Of a stretch of 64,000 nucleotides of DNA, positions 11,598 through 26,442 are shown in pieces. This stretch comes from Octopus sinensis. Taxonomy: Eukaryota. Position 1 is the stretch's first letter; each line of letters starts with the position of its first letter. Location: contig NC_042998.1 of assembly GCF_006345805.1 (NCBI RefSeq), forward strand, positions 156,612,001 through 156,676,000, written 5' to 3'. Under the pieces are notes generated by a model. The model was not told the DNA's origin and did not search any database. It saw only the letters and a list, made by a program, of their open reading frames with translations. The position numbers and the translations under genes are program-made.

Positions 11598-14500
11598 TCA
11601 CGAAAGCTTTTTAGCAACTGCCATTTGGTGCATGAGAGAGTTCGATGCAGCTGCCCTCATCTGCACCTCCTGCCGTGAAGTTGGTTCATCTGGGACACCT
11701 GACAGGAAGAGATCCAGTTCCATTTTAAAGACATCTGCATCCACCCCATGCAGGTCTCTCAGGTTCTTCGGGAGGATATTGAAGAGCTGTGGGCCTCGGA
11801 AGCCCAGGCTATCACAGTATCTTGTCCTACATCTTGATGGCAAATTTGGAGTCCTAGGCACCACGCAGTGGCGCCCAGTTCTAGCATTTGTGTGACTCTC
11901 GATGCCAAAGTTTGGGACACGTCCCTCCAGGATCTTCCAGATGTATATTATGGCATATCTTTCCTGCCTACGCTCCAAGGAATATAGTTTTAATCTCTTG
12001 AGTCTTTCCCAGTAGCTTACATTTTGCATAGAGGCTATCTTCTTCGTGTAGCTACGCTGGATCGCCTCGAGCTCTGTGATCAACTTGACACTGGATGGTG
12101 ACCATAACTGAGAGCAATAGTCAAAGTGGCTTAGGACAAGTGTCCTCCAGAGGACCATCATGGTTTCTTGTTCTCTTGTTCTAAAGGTTCTGAGAATCCA
12201 TCTGGCCAGTCGTCTACATTTCATTGCCAATTTAGCAACATGAACACGAAAGGTTGCGTCATCACTCATGTAAATACCCAGGTCACGCACTGATTGTGCC
12301 TCTGGGATTGCTATTCCTCCGGGTCCAGTGTATTCATTGGGTATTGCATTTAGTTTTGCATGCTGATCGTATAAAGCTTGAAACTTTTCAGCATTGAACT
12401 GCATGCTATTCTTTTCAGCCCCCTTGTATATTTCGTCCAGCTCACATTGCAGGTGCTTAGTGTCTTCAGGGTTCTGTATTGCCTGTGAAACTTTTGTATC
12501 ATCTGCATAACTTGTGATCGTGGCTCTCTGCGTGGCTGAGGGCATGTCTGAGAGGGCCATTATGAACAGTAGTGGTCCCAAAACAGTGCCCTGCGGAACA
12601 CCGCTCACTATTTGTGTGTTAATGGAATTGGCTGCTACCACCTGACTTCTATTCTTCAGAAAGTCATGAAGCCATTCTCCTAGTTTTCCAACTATGCCAA
12701 GATCACGCAGTTTGTGACATATCATTCCATGATCGACTTTATCAAAGGCCTTTGCGAAGTCGAGATATATGACTTCCACATTTGAGTGGTTGAGCAGTTG
12801 TTTCAGCACCCAGTCATAGTGCTGCAGGAGCTGAGTTAAGCAGCTTCTTCCTGGTTGGAAACCATGTTGGGTGTCAGGCAGCAAGTCATTTTCTTCAAGG
12901 AAGGTGATTAGTTTCCTTCTGACTATTTGTTCCAAGACCTTGCTGATGTGTGAGGTGAGAGAGATAGGTCTGTAGTTCTTGGCCTGTAGTTCTTGTAGTT
13001 CTTGCGTTTCCTTGGAGGTGGTTCCATTGCTCACAACTGCCTGTTTTCTGTCTTTTAGGAAGTTGTGTAGCCACTCTCCAAGTTTCCCGCCTATGCCGAG
13101 ACCACGCAGCTTGTGACAGATCATACCATGGTCGACTTTATCAAAGGCTTTTGCAAAGTCGAGATATATTACATCCACATTTGAGCCATTTAGTAGCTGT
13201 TTCAACACCCAGTCATAGTGTTGCAGGTGCTGTGTTAGGCAGCCTCTACCTGGTCGAAATCCATGCTGGGCGTCAGACAGTAAGTCGTTTTCTTCAAGGA
13301 ACATGATTAGTTTCTTACGGACTATTCGTTCCATGACTTTGCTGATGTGTGAGGTCAGAGAGATAGGCCTATAATTTTTAGCATCTGCTCTGCTACCTCC
13401 CTTATGGATAGGGCATATTACCCCCTCTTTCAGTTTGACTGGGAGCTTACCACTTGCAAGAAAGCTCTGAAAAAGAAGCTGTAGCGGTTTTGCAAGGGCT
13501 CGTTTGCACGATTTGAGAAGGATCGCTGGGAATCCATCAGGTCCAGCAGCTGAGTTTGTGTCAATCTCATCAATGGCTAGTGTGATATCATCATCTTCGA
13601 TGTTGATGTACTCAATTTTTGTCTCTTTGGCCGCTGGTAAAGTGGCAAAGAATTCTTCTGGGTTGTTTACTTGCCTGTGTCCTAGAGGTGTAGTGAACAC
13701 ACTTTGGAACTGTTCGTTCAGTATTTCACTTATTCTCGTGGGATTTCCTGTGAGAGAGCCATCTTTTTGGAAGAGAGGTCCTATTCTCTGGTGCACTGTG
13801 GCTGTCTCTTTGGCAAACTTAAAGAAAGCTTTAGGGTTTGATTTTATATTTTCTATTACCCAAGCTTCTTTATCTGCTCTCTCCTTTTCATGGGACTGAT
13901 GTAGACTTTTCTCAGTTTCCATTAGCATTCTTTCGAGCCGAGACTTCTCACCACTTTTGGTGTGCTTGCTCAGGCGGTTTGCAATCCTTGTCCGTCGTCT
14001 CATAAGAATCCTCCTTTCTCTAGGGATCCTGTTTTTGTTCTTGTGTGTGCTGGCCTTGCACATTGGGACATATTTGTCACATATGGCTTGTATTATGGAC
14101 ATGAAGTGTTTGTGTTTCATGTTTATGTCCGGTGTGGAGAGACATTCAGGCCAATCCTGTTTGAGGATCTCTTTCTCAATCGACTTCCAGTTGGCTTTAT
14201 GAAAGTTTAAGTTGGAGAGATGGTGGGTGCTTCGTATAGGCTGTGTGTCTGCAGGGGCTTTTGTTCCATACATAGACAGCTCTATTATGTTGTGATCCGA
14301 GATCATTGTCGGCATCACATTAACATTATGGATAATATCCATATTGTTTGTGAAGCAGAGATCCAGTATATTATCTGCCCTTGTTGGTTGCAGAACTATT
14401 TGCTCCATGAAAGAGGCATTTGTGAGATGGAGCAGGGACTCCACCTGTGCCTGCTGATGGTGTGTCATCCCTGGGAGCATCTGCCCCCCAGGCCATTCCA

Positions 14501-14804
14501 CATTGTGGAGGTTAAAGTCACCCATGAAGAATACACTGTTGTGCTGTTCAAGGTTGGTGAGGACTTCTCCTATTTTTGTTAGGCAGTCTTCAAACATGCC
14601 TGAGTGTTTTGGGGCATCTGGTGGGCGATATGTAGTGCATATGATGATATTCAGTTGTCTTATGTGTACAATTTGAGTTTCACATACTGAGTTTGAATAT
14701 GACAGCAGGACCTGGGGCGTGAGGTCATCTCGGATGTACATTGCAACTCCACCATGGCTCCTCCCTTTTCTATCTGTGCGTATGACTGTGTATTTCTGCA
14801 TCAC
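11598..14804 (-). CDS. LINE ORF2: APE endonuclease + reverse transcriptase, with ~125-aa internal RT duplication
   Basis: YRPP, GDFN, LDL, SDH (APE); [38 protein letters not shown] (RT). The true N-terminus (LLNVGGL...LTETHL) is in ORF 14770-15072 behind a frameshift. Confidence 0.85.
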   Translation of the reverse strand: MMQKYTVIRTDRKGRSHGGVAMYIRDDLTPQVLLSYSNSVCETQIVHIRQLNIIICTTYRPPDAPKHSGMFEDCLTKIGEVLTNLEQHNSVFFMGDFNLHNVEWPGGQMLPGMTHHQQAQVESLLHLTNASFMEQIVLQPTRADNILDLCFTNNMDIIHNVNVMPTMISDHNIIELSMYGTKAPADTQPIRSTHHLSNLNFHKANWKSIEKEILKQDWPECLSTPDINMKHKHFMSIIQAICDKYVPMCKASTHKNKNRIPRERRILMRRRTRIANRLSKHTKSGEKSRLERMLMETEKSLHQSHEKERADKEAWVIENIKSNPKAFFKFAKETATVHQRIGPLFQKDGSLTGNPTRISEILNEQFQSVFTTPLGHRQVNNPEEFFATLPAAKETKIEYINIEDDDITLAIDEIDTNSAAGPDGFPAILLKSCKRALAKPLQLLFQSFLASGKLPVKLKEGVICPIHKGGSRADAKNYRPISLTSHISKVMERIVRKKLIMFLEENDLLSDAQHGFRPGRGCLTQHLQHYDWVLKQLLNGSNVDVIYLDFAKAFDKVDHGMICHKLRGLGIGGKLGEWLHNFLKDRKQAVVSNGTTSKETQELQELQAKNYRPISLTSHISKVLEQIVRRKLITFLEENDLLPDTQHGFQPGRSCLTQLLQHYDWVLKQLLNHSNVEVIYLDFAKAFDKVDHGMICHKLRDLGIVGKLGEWLHDFLKNRSQVVAANSINTQIVSGVPQGTVLGPLLFIMALSDMPSATQRATITSYADDTKVSQAIQNPEDTKHLQCELDEIYKGAEKNSMQFNAEKFQALYDQHAKLNAIPNEYTGPGGIAIPEAQSVRDLGIYMSDDATFRVHVAKLAMKCRRLARWILRTFRTREQETMMVLWRTLVLSHFDYCSQLWSPSSVKLITELEAIQRSYTKKIASMQNVSYWERLKRLKLYSLERRQERYAIIYIWKILEGRVPNFGIESHTNARTGRHCVVPRTPNLPSRCRTRYCDSLGFRGPQLFNILPKNLRDLHGVDADVFKMELDLFLSGVPDEPTSRQEVQMRAAASNSLMHQMAVAKKLS

Positions 14805-15049
14805 CTATATCGGGTTCAAGATGCGTTTCTGTGAGTGCCATGCATATAGCCCGACTGCATGCCACAAGGTCTCTCAGGAATGAAATTTTCTTTTTACAGT
14901 TTCCGCGCAGCAGCCCTCCTACATTCAGTAGAAATATTTTTGTGGTGTGTGTGTTGGTGTTGGTGTCTGTGGTGGCCATCCTGCATCTGTTGGAGGTGGC
15001 CTTATGTGGTGGTAGTTCCAGCTTTGTGCTTGTAGCCAGGTCAGCTGCT

Positions 15050-15827
15050 GAACAATTTTTTGTGCCATGCACAAAAAAGATTGCTGTTCAGCTGCTGCCC
15101 TTCTCACATCTGGGTGAAGCTGGCCACCTGTTGGGTTTCCGCGCACCACATCTGCATACTGTCTTTCAGTAGTGGTCAGTGCGCTTTTTTCCCTTCTTTT
15201 AACTTTTTCTTTTTGTTTTTGTTCTCCCTGAGGGAGGGACCTCTGTCTCGTGTCCGTGCGGTTTTAGTAGGGCCTCCGATGTGCAAAGCGACAGTTTGCA
15301 CCTTCAACGCCGTACTAGCAGTCCCCCCTCAGGTAGAATTTGCAGGTGTTTCTTTCCCTGCCCTTACAGTTTTTGCTGGGGTCCCTCTGCTTTCTCTGGA
15401 CAGGGCTTCCTTTAGCCTTGATTCTGTCACCCTTTACCTCCTGCTTCCCATCAATTCCAGGGTGCCTTTCCTTTCTTGCGGCCATCGCACCTCTTTGGTC
15501 TTCAGTTGTGGTGTTGGAAGCTGGACATGTGTCATCGTTTCCCTGTGTTCCAGGCTTCTCCATTTGGCTCTGGATGCTTTTCTCATCCTTTTGGCCCTCC
15601 CTGCTGCCGTCACCTCCCAGGATGATGTCCAGGGTGTCCACATGTTGCCTGATTAGAGCGTACGAACGGATAACTTCTCTCTTCTTTCGCTCTATCTGGG
15701 CGGTGGTTCTCGAAAAATTGTTGCTTTTCAGCGCCGCAGCAATAATGTTGTTCGGCGAGTTGTCCTCAGCAATCCTCCAAGCACGGACGAACAATTGCAC
15801 CTCTCTCGCAGACCAGTTTCTTGCCAT
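15050..15827 (-). pseudogene. LINE ORF1 with Myb/SANT-trihelix-like N-terminus and CCCH finger; premature stop at 15315
   Basis: NWSAREVQLFVRAW...IAAALKSNNFSRTTAQIERKKREVIRSY; CKFYLRGDC*YGVEGANCRFAH. Downstream boundary approximate. Confidence 0.7.
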
Positions 15828-16009
15828 TTTCTTCTAGTGAAATATAGGAACAGAGAGAGAGAGATATGTATATATATATATATATATATGTATATATTTA
15901 AATATTTAAAAATTGAGGGAGATAAATTAATATTAATTTTAATATCAATTTAAAACCAGTAGTCCAGCATTCAAAAAATCTGAGGAGTCAGAGAAAATTC
16001 AAATATATG

Positions 16010-16183
16010 TGTATATTGGCAGGGCTGGCCTGCTAGGTAGCCGGCCAGAATGCTAGAAATAGATCATAAACGACCAAACTACAAGGGAAATTCTCTAGAG
16101 AATTTCCCTTGTAGTTTGGTCGTTTATGATCTATTTCTAGCATTCTGGCCGGCTACCTAGCAGGCCAGCCCTGCCAATATACA
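16010..16183. repeat. perfect 174-bp spacerless palindrome
   Basis: Centre ctct|agag at 16096/16097; 87-bp arms are exact reverse complements. Confidence 0.95.
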
Positions 16184-17596
<1,413 letters not shown>

Positions 17597-18971
17597 TTTT
17601 GATTGATTTTTGATTTTTCCAGATTCAGCTAATGAGCTGTGGCCATGCTGGGGCACTGCCATTTGGTTTGCTACACGGGTTTACCTCACGGATGCTTTTT
17701 AGCAAACGCCATCTGATGCATGAGAGAGTTCGATGCAGCTGCCCTCATCTGCACCTCCTGCCGTGAAGTTGGTTCATCCGGGACACCTGACAGGAAGAGA
17801 TCCAGTCCTACTTTAAAGACATCCGCATCTACACCATGCAGGTCCCTCAGGTTCTTCGGGAGGACATTGAAGAGCCGTGGGCCTCTGAAGCCCAGGCTAT
17901 CACAATATCTTGTCCTACATCTTGATGGCAAATTTGGAGTCCTTGGTACTACGCAGTGGCGTCCGGTTCTGGCGTTTATGTGACTCTCGATGCCAAAGTC
18001 TGGGACAAGACCTTCCAGGATCTTCCAGATATATATTATGGCATATCTTTCTCGCCTACGCTCCAGGGAATAGAGCTTTAATCTCTTGAGTCTCTCCCAG
18101 TAGCTCGTATGCTGCACAGAGGCTATCTTCTTCGTGTAGCTTCGTTGGATCGCCTCAAGTTCTGTGATCAACTTGACACTGGATGGTGACCATAGCTGAG
18201 AGCAATAGTCAAAGTGGCTTAGGACAAGTGTCTTCCAGAGGACCATCATGGTTTCTTGTTCTCTTCTTCTAAAGGTTCTAAGAATCCATCCAGCCAGCCG
18301 TCTGCATTTCATTGTCAGTTTAGCAACATGTACATGAAAGGTCTCGTCATCACTCATGTGAATACCCAGGTCACGCACTGATTGTGCCTCTGGGATTGCT
18401 ATTCCTCCGGGTCCAGTGTATTCATTGGGTATTGCATTCAGTTTTGCATGCTGATAGTATAAAGCTTGAAACTTTTCAGCATTGAACTGCATGCTATTCT
18501 TTTCAGCCCACTTGTATATTTCGTCCAGCTCACATTGCAGGTGCTTAGTGTCTTCAGGGTTCTGTATTGCCTGTGAAACTTTTGTATCATCTGCATAACT
18601 TGTGATCGTGGCTGAGGGCATGTCTAAGAGGGCCATTATGAACAGTAGTGGTCCCAAAACAGTGCCCTGTGGAACACCGCTCACTATTTGCGTGTTAATG
18701 GAAGTGGCCCCATTGGCTACTACCACCTGACTTCTATTCTTCAGAAAGTCGTGAAGCCATTCTCCTAATTTTCCAACTATGCCAAGATCATGCAGTTTGT
18801 GACATATCATTCCATGATCGACTTTATCGAAGGCCTTTGCGAAGTCGAGATATATGACTTCCACATTTGAGTGGTTGAGCAGTTGTTTCAGCACCCAGTC
18901 ATAGTGCTGCAGGAGCTGAGTTAAGCAGCTTCTTCCTGGTCGGAAACCATGTTGGGTGTCGGAAACCATGT
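17597..18971 (-). mobile_element. 5'-truncated copy of the CR1/L2-group LINE (open RT C-half, ORF 17686-18969)
   Basis: QHGF...YADD...PDEP; same 3' hairpin and TCAA-type tail. Confidence 0.92.
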
Positions 18972-19265
18972 CCTGTGTCTTGTTGATTCACAGACGAAGA
19001 ATAAAATTCACTTCAATTTCGGGAAGTAACACACGTGCGTTTTAACACGTGTATTCACGAGTATGTTCTAGTTGATAAATACTATATCAAAAGCGAAAAT
19101 ATTCTTCTCAAATACAGTGACTTCTTGTACTCTCACTTATATTCGCCTTGCAGACAATTTCGCTTCTGATAACATCGATCTCTGGAAGGACTTCTTTAAT
19201 ATTTAGGAGAGACACGTTAACACACTTGTTGTTAGTTCAGCGCCATCTTGATATTCAATCTGCTT

Positions 19266-19512
19266 TATGTATATATATGTATATATATATGTATATATAT
19301 ATATATGTATATATGTATATATATATATAATATATATATTATTATATATATATATATATATTGTATCTATATATATGTATATATATATGTATATATATAT
19401 ATGTATATATATATATGTATATATATATATGTATATATATATATGTATATATACATATATATTATATATGTATATATGTATGTATATATATATATGTATA
19501 TATATAAGTATA

Positions 19513-19549
<37 letters not shown>

Positions 19550-19572
19550 GTATATATATATATATATAACGT

Positions 19573-19612
<40 letters not shown>

Positions 19613-19626
19613 GTATGATATATATG

Positions 19627-19660
<34 letters not shown>

Positions 19661-19920
19661 CATGTATGTATATATATGTATATATATATTGTATATATAT
19701 ATATGTATATATATATATGTATATAATATGTATATATATATGTATATATATATGTATATATATATGTATATATATATGTATGTATAATATATGTATGTAT
19801 ATATATATGTATGTATATATATATGTATGTATATATATATGTATGTATATATATATGTATGTATATATATATATATATGTATATATATATGTATGTATAT
19901 ATGTATATATATATATAATG

Positions 19921-19951
<31 letters not shown>

Positions 19952-19982
19952 GTATGTATATATATATATGTATATATATATG

Positions 19983-20014
<32 letters not shown>

Positions 20015-20078
20015 GTATATATATATATATATGTTATAGATATATATGTATATATATATATATATATATGTATATAAC

Positions 20079-20110
<32 letters not shown>

Positions 20111-20470
20111 CAATATATATATATTATATATATATATATATTATATATATATATACATTATATACATACATATATATATATATACATATATATATGTATA
20201 TATATATGTATATATATATGTATATAGATATATATATATGTATGTATATATATATATATGTTATATATATGTATATATATATGTATATATATATATGTAT
20301 ATATATATGTATATATATATGATATATATAATATATATTGTATATATATATAGTATATATATATATGTATATATATATATATGTATATGTATAGATATAA
20401 TATATGTATATAATATATATATATATGTTATATATATATATATTATGTGTATATATATATATTATATATG

Positions 20471-20502
<32 letters not shown>

Positions 20503-20708
20503 TGTATAATATATATATATATATGTATATATATATATGTATATATATATATGTATATATATTGTATATAATATATGTATATATATATGTATATATATAT
20601 ATGTATATATATATGTATATATATGTATATATATATGTATATATAATATATATATGTATATATATATGTATTTTATATATGTGGTATATATATATGTATA
20701 TATATATA
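19266..20708. repeat. compound (TA)n/(TATG)n array
   Basis: Direct inspection. Confidence 0.95.
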
Positions 20709-22724
20709 TGTATATATATATGTATATACTAGAAGAAAACACATTCTCATTCAACAACAAGACATACCGACAGATAAAAGGCACGGCTATGGGTACAAAA
20801 TTCGCACCTTCATATGCCAACTAGTGATGGGCTTCCTGAGAAAAAAAAACTATATGACGAAATAGGGAAAGTCTTCGAACACGACTTCAGAGAAGACATC
20901 AAGAAAAAGTGGAAACGCTACCTCGATGACTGTTTCATCTTTTGGAACAGATCAGAAGAGGACCTACAAACATTCCACAACATCCTCAATACGCTGCACC
21001 CATCTATCAATTTCACAATAGATACCAGCCACAACGAACTTCCCTTCCTAGACATCAACATCAAAATACACAACTCCATCGTCACAACAGACATCCACTA
21101 CAAAAAACTGACACACATCAATACTTAAATTTCCACTCCTGCCACCCATCCCACACAAAAAGAAACATCCCATATAGTATGGCACGACGAATATGTAGCA
21201 TAGTAACTGATTACAAATACGATTAATAAGACTAGATGACTCAAAAGCTTCCTCCTAGAGCAAAAAATACCCCCTTAACTAATAGAAAATGGAATCACAA
21301 GAGCATTAAAACTAGACATCAACAAACTCAGGACACCCAAAACAAAAACAAAGAAAACACTATCCCTTTTATAAAAACACACACAACCTGGAGTTACCAA
21401 CATCTTCCAAACCATACATTCAAACCTACCATAGCCTTACAGAGCCCCAAAATGAAAAACATATTAAACAAATATAGCATAAAAAACAGTAGACGACAGG
21501 ACAAAAACCTAAAAAACACCTAACAAGAGCGAAATTCTCTTCAGAAACTAAACGGAATTCTTTGCAAAAGAGTGCGGAGATGGTAGATGTGGGACTGCAG
21601 CAACCCCACCTACAAAACATAGAGAGCAACAGAGAGATAAGATTTAAAAATGGTGTCATATTCAAAGTAAATGCAGATATGAACTGCAAGACGCAGAACG
21701 TCATATACTGCATAACTGCCCCCACATGCAAGGAGAATTACGTAGGAGAAATGGTAATTCTTTGTGCCAGCGAGCCAGGATCCACCGACAACATATTCGG
21801 CAGGAAGAACTACGCAAAATACCACTAAGCACACACCTAGCTACATGTGGAGAAGGAAAATTTAAGATATTTCCCTTCTACAAGTGTCCGAAGAATGACC
21901 ACCCCTTCAGGAGGAATATGGAAAAAAAATTTCATAGCTCTCCCCCAAATTAAATGGCTGAAACTTTACTCAACATACATTGAAGGAAAATCTGTGTGTG
22001 TGTAGATGTGTGTATTGCCTGTTATATACATCATATTATATTATTATCTTTATAATTCACTTCCATCTTACCCTTTAATTGTCACTTTAGTTTTAACTTT
22101 CCTATGACATACAACTTTCAAGATGGTATAATTTGGTTGTTCATTTTGAACCGATAAAAAGGTTTTCAAATATTTATGTATAAGTCTGTGTGTGTGTATA
22201 TATATGTGTTGGTAAAAATATCAACACACAAAAATATTTTTTCTTCTCCACTCCTCCCTTATTTTATTTTTATTTTATTTTTATTTTTTTATTTTTTATT
22301 CTTTATATTTTTATTTATTCTTTATATTTTTTTATTTTATTTTTATTTTTGTTTTTATTTTTTTATTTTATTTTTTTAATTTTTTTAATTTTTATTTTTA
22401 TTATTATTATTTTTATTTTCCCTTTTCTCTTTTTGTCTCTCTCCCCTTCTCCAAACACACAGACACACACACACACACATACACACACACACACCCACAC
22501 ACACACACAAAAACACACAGAGACACACAGAGACCACACACACACACACACCTCCACAGAATGATCATAGAAAGTGTGACCCCAAATGACATTGCCAGGC
22601 CAACCTATGCACAACACACACTCAGTGACATTGAAATGGACAGCCAAAGTTCTTATAAACCACAGGGGGTCCAGCAGACAACGGAAATAACACTTCTTCA
22701 CTCTCATAACTATATAAATGCGCA

Positions 22725-22764
<40 letters not shown>

Positions 22765-22985
22765 CCCACCACATACACACATATTTTCTCTCTGCCTCAC
22801 TTCCTCCTCACCCAACTATGAAACTATAAAAAGGTTCAAACTACCCACAACTGATTTGATTTGAAAACCCACTAGAATGGGAGCAAGCGCTAATCCGAAT
22901 GATATGATATATATGTAATGTAAATATAAAATAATATATATAAATATCTACAAATATGAACCATCTGATATGATTACCTCAATTT
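20706..22985 (+). mobile_element. Penelope-like element, 5'-truncated and frameshifted (RT + GIY-YIG, 3' UTR)
   Basis: [49 protein letters not shown]; NVIYCIT...YVGE; coding ends near 21955, 3' boundary approximate. Confidence 0.88.
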
Positions 22986-22989
22986 TTCT

Positions 22990-23147
22990 AATATATGTAT
23001 ATATATATGTATATATATATATGTTATATATATATAATATGTATATATATACATATGTATATTATATGTATATATATGTATATATATGTATATATATATA
23101 TATATGTATATATATATGTATATATATATATTGTATATATATATATG

Positions 23148-23179
<32 letters not shown>

Positions 23180-23677
23180 TATGTAATATATATATATGTG
23201 TATATATATTATATGTATATATATATGGATATATATATGGATATATATGTATATATATATGTATGTATATATATATATATATATGTATATTTATATATAT
23301 GTATATATATATGTATATTTATATATATGTATATATATATGTATATATATGTATATATATATAATATGATATTTATATATATGTATATCTATATGTATAT
23401 ATATGTATATATATGTATATATATATATATATGTATATTTATATAATGTATATATATATATATGTATATATAGTATATATATATATATGTATATAGTATA
23501 TATATATTATATATATATGTATAATATATGTATATTATATGTATATATATATATATGATATATATATATTATATATATGTATATATTATATATATGTATA
23601 TATATATGTATATATATATGTATATATATATATATGTATATATATATGTATATATATGTATGTGTATATATATATGT

Positions 23678-23714
<37 letters not shown>

Positions 23715-23822
23715 GATGTATATATATAGTATATAATGTAGTATATATATGTATGTATATATATATGTATATATATGTATGTATATATATATAATATATA
23801 TATATATATGTATATATATATG

Positions 23823-23860
<38 letters not shown>

Positions 23861-24254
23861 TATATAATATATATGTATATATATGTATATATATATGTAT
23901 ATATATATATGTATTATATATATGTATATATATAAATGTATATATATATATGTATATATATAGTATAATATTAATGTATATATAAATTATATATATATAT
24001 TATATATATGTATAGTATATATATTTATATATATATATATTATGTATATATATAATATGTATATATATTATGTATATATATATATGTATATATATAGTAT
24101 ATATATATGTGTATATAATATATGTATATATATATATGTATATATATATATGTATATATATATATGTATATATATATGTATATATATATATGTATATATA
24201 TATATGTATATATATATATGTATATATATATGTAGTAATATATATGTATATATA

Positions 24255-24286
<32 letters not shown>

Positions 24287-24575
24287 ATATATATGTATAT
24301 ATATATGTATATAATGTATGTATATATATATGTATATATATATGTATATATATATGTATATATATATGTATATATATATGTATATTATATGTATATATAT
24401 ATGTATTATATATATGTATATAATGTATATATATATATGTATATATATATGTATATATATATATGTATATATATATATGTATATATGTATATATATATGT
24501 ATATATATATATGTATATATATATGTATTTATATATATGTATATATGTATATATATATATGTATTTATATATATG

Positions 24576-24610
<35 letters not shown>

Positions 24611-24611
24611 G
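22990..24611. repeat. compound (TA)n array
   Basis: Direct inspection. Confidence 0.95.
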
Positions 24612-25085
24612 TACTATCAGCATGCAAAACTGAATGCAATACCCAATGAATACACTGGACCCGGAGGGATTGCAATCCAGAGGCACAATCAGTGCGTGAC
24701 CTGGGTATTCACATGAGTGATGACGCGACCTTTCATGTACATGTTGCTAAACTGACATGAAATGCAGACGGCTGGTGGATGGATTCTTAGAACCTTTAGA
24801 ACAAGAGAACAAGAAACCATGATGGTCCTCTGGAAGACACTTGTCCTAAGCCACTTTGACTATTGCTCTCAGCTATGGTCACCATCCAGTGTCAAGTTGA
24901 TCACAGAACTTGAGGCGATCCAACGAAGCTACACGAAGAAGATAGCCTCTGTGCAGCATATGAGCTACTGGGAGAGACTCAAGAGATTAAAGTTCTATGC
25001 CCTGGAGCGTAGGCGAGAAAGATATGCCATAATATATATCTGGAAGATCCTGGAAGGTCTTGTCCCAGACTTTGGCATCGAGAGG
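24612..25085 (+). mobile_element. internal fragment of the CR1/L2-group LINE ORF2
   Basis: [14 protein letters not shown]...LVPDFGIE, nearly identical to the 17686-18969 copy. Confidence 0.9.
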
Positions 25086-25288
25086 CACACATGCATTTTT
25101 TCGCTATTATATAAGGGAAGTAACTCTCTAAAAATGTCTACGATGAGTCAACGATTTAAAAAAAAAATTACCATCATATTTTTTCCATTTTTAATGCATT
25201 TTTTGCTATTTTTTTGCTATAACTCTCTAAAAATGCTTATATAGTTATTTCCCTTACAAACCCGAGCAACGCCGGGCGATACTGCTAG
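25086..25288 (+). mobile_element. Helitron 3' terminus
   Basis: Subterminal hairpin cccg-agcaacgc-cggg (25261-25276) followed by CTAG|T at 25285-25289. Confidence 0.75.
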
Positions 25289-25346
25289 TATATATATATA
25301 TATGTATGTATATATATATATATGTATATATATATACGTATGTATG

Positions 25347-25379
<33 letters not shown>

Positions 25380-25386
25380 ATATATG

Positions 25387-25417
<31 letters not shown>

Positions 25418-25424
25418 GTATGTG

Positions 25425-25469
<45 letters not shown>

Positions 25470-25477
25470 ATATCTAG

Positions 25478-25509
<32 letters not shown>

Positions 25510-25822
25510 ATATATATATGTATGTATATATATATATATGTATGTATATATATATATGTATGTATATATATATATGTATGCATATATATATATGTATGCA
25601 TATATATATATGTATGCATATATATATGTGTATGTATATATATGTATGTATATATATATATATATATGTATGTATATTAGTATATATATGTATGTATATA
25701 TATGTATATATATGTATGTATATATATATATATATGTATGTATATATATATATATATGTATGTATATATATATATGTATGTATATATATATATATGTATG
25801 TATTATATATATGTATGTATAT

Positions 25823-25853
<31 letters not shown>

Positions 25854-25910
25854 TGTATATATATGTATGCACATATATATATGTATGTATATATATGTAA
25901 TATATGTATG

Positions 25911-25973
<63 letters not shown>

Positions 25974-26034
25974 ATATATATATATATATATGTATGTATA
26001 TATATATATAATATATATATATGTATGTATATAT

Positions 26035-26075
<41 letters not shown>

Positions 26076-26227
26076 TATATATATGTATGTATAATATATA
26101 TATGTATGATATATATATGTATGTAATATATATATATATGTATGTATATATGTATGTATATATATATATGTATGTATATATATATATATGTATGTACATA
26201 TATGTATATATATATATATGTATGTAT

Positions 26228-26268
<41 letters not shown>

Positions 26269-26442
26269 TATATGTATGTACATATATGTATGTATATATA
26301 TATATGTATGTACATATATGTATGTATATATATATTTGTATGTACATATATGTATGTATATATATATATATGCATATATATGTATGTATGTATATATATA
26401 TATATGCATATATATGTATGTATGTATATATATGTATGTATA
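25289..26442. repeat. compound (TATG)/(TA)n array
   Basis: Direct inspection. Confidence 0.95.

Larger units (their letters stand above)
11498..15862 (-). mobile_element. near full-length CR1/L2-group LINE (chimeric)
   Basis: ORF1 from 15827, APE endonuclease and RT ORF2, 3' hairpin and (TCAA)n tail; TA arrays on both sides. Confidence 0.92.

Noticed and set aside
13504-15837. Several + strand ORFs
   Set aside because: Antisense shadows of the LINE ORFs with no recognisable motifs.
15975-16005. CTGAGGA...GAAA hammerhead-like core
   Set aside because: No stem I or stem II pairing.
22176-22821. F/I-rich and HT-repeat ORFs
   Set aside because: T-rich and (CA)n low-complexity tracts in a PLE 3' UTR.
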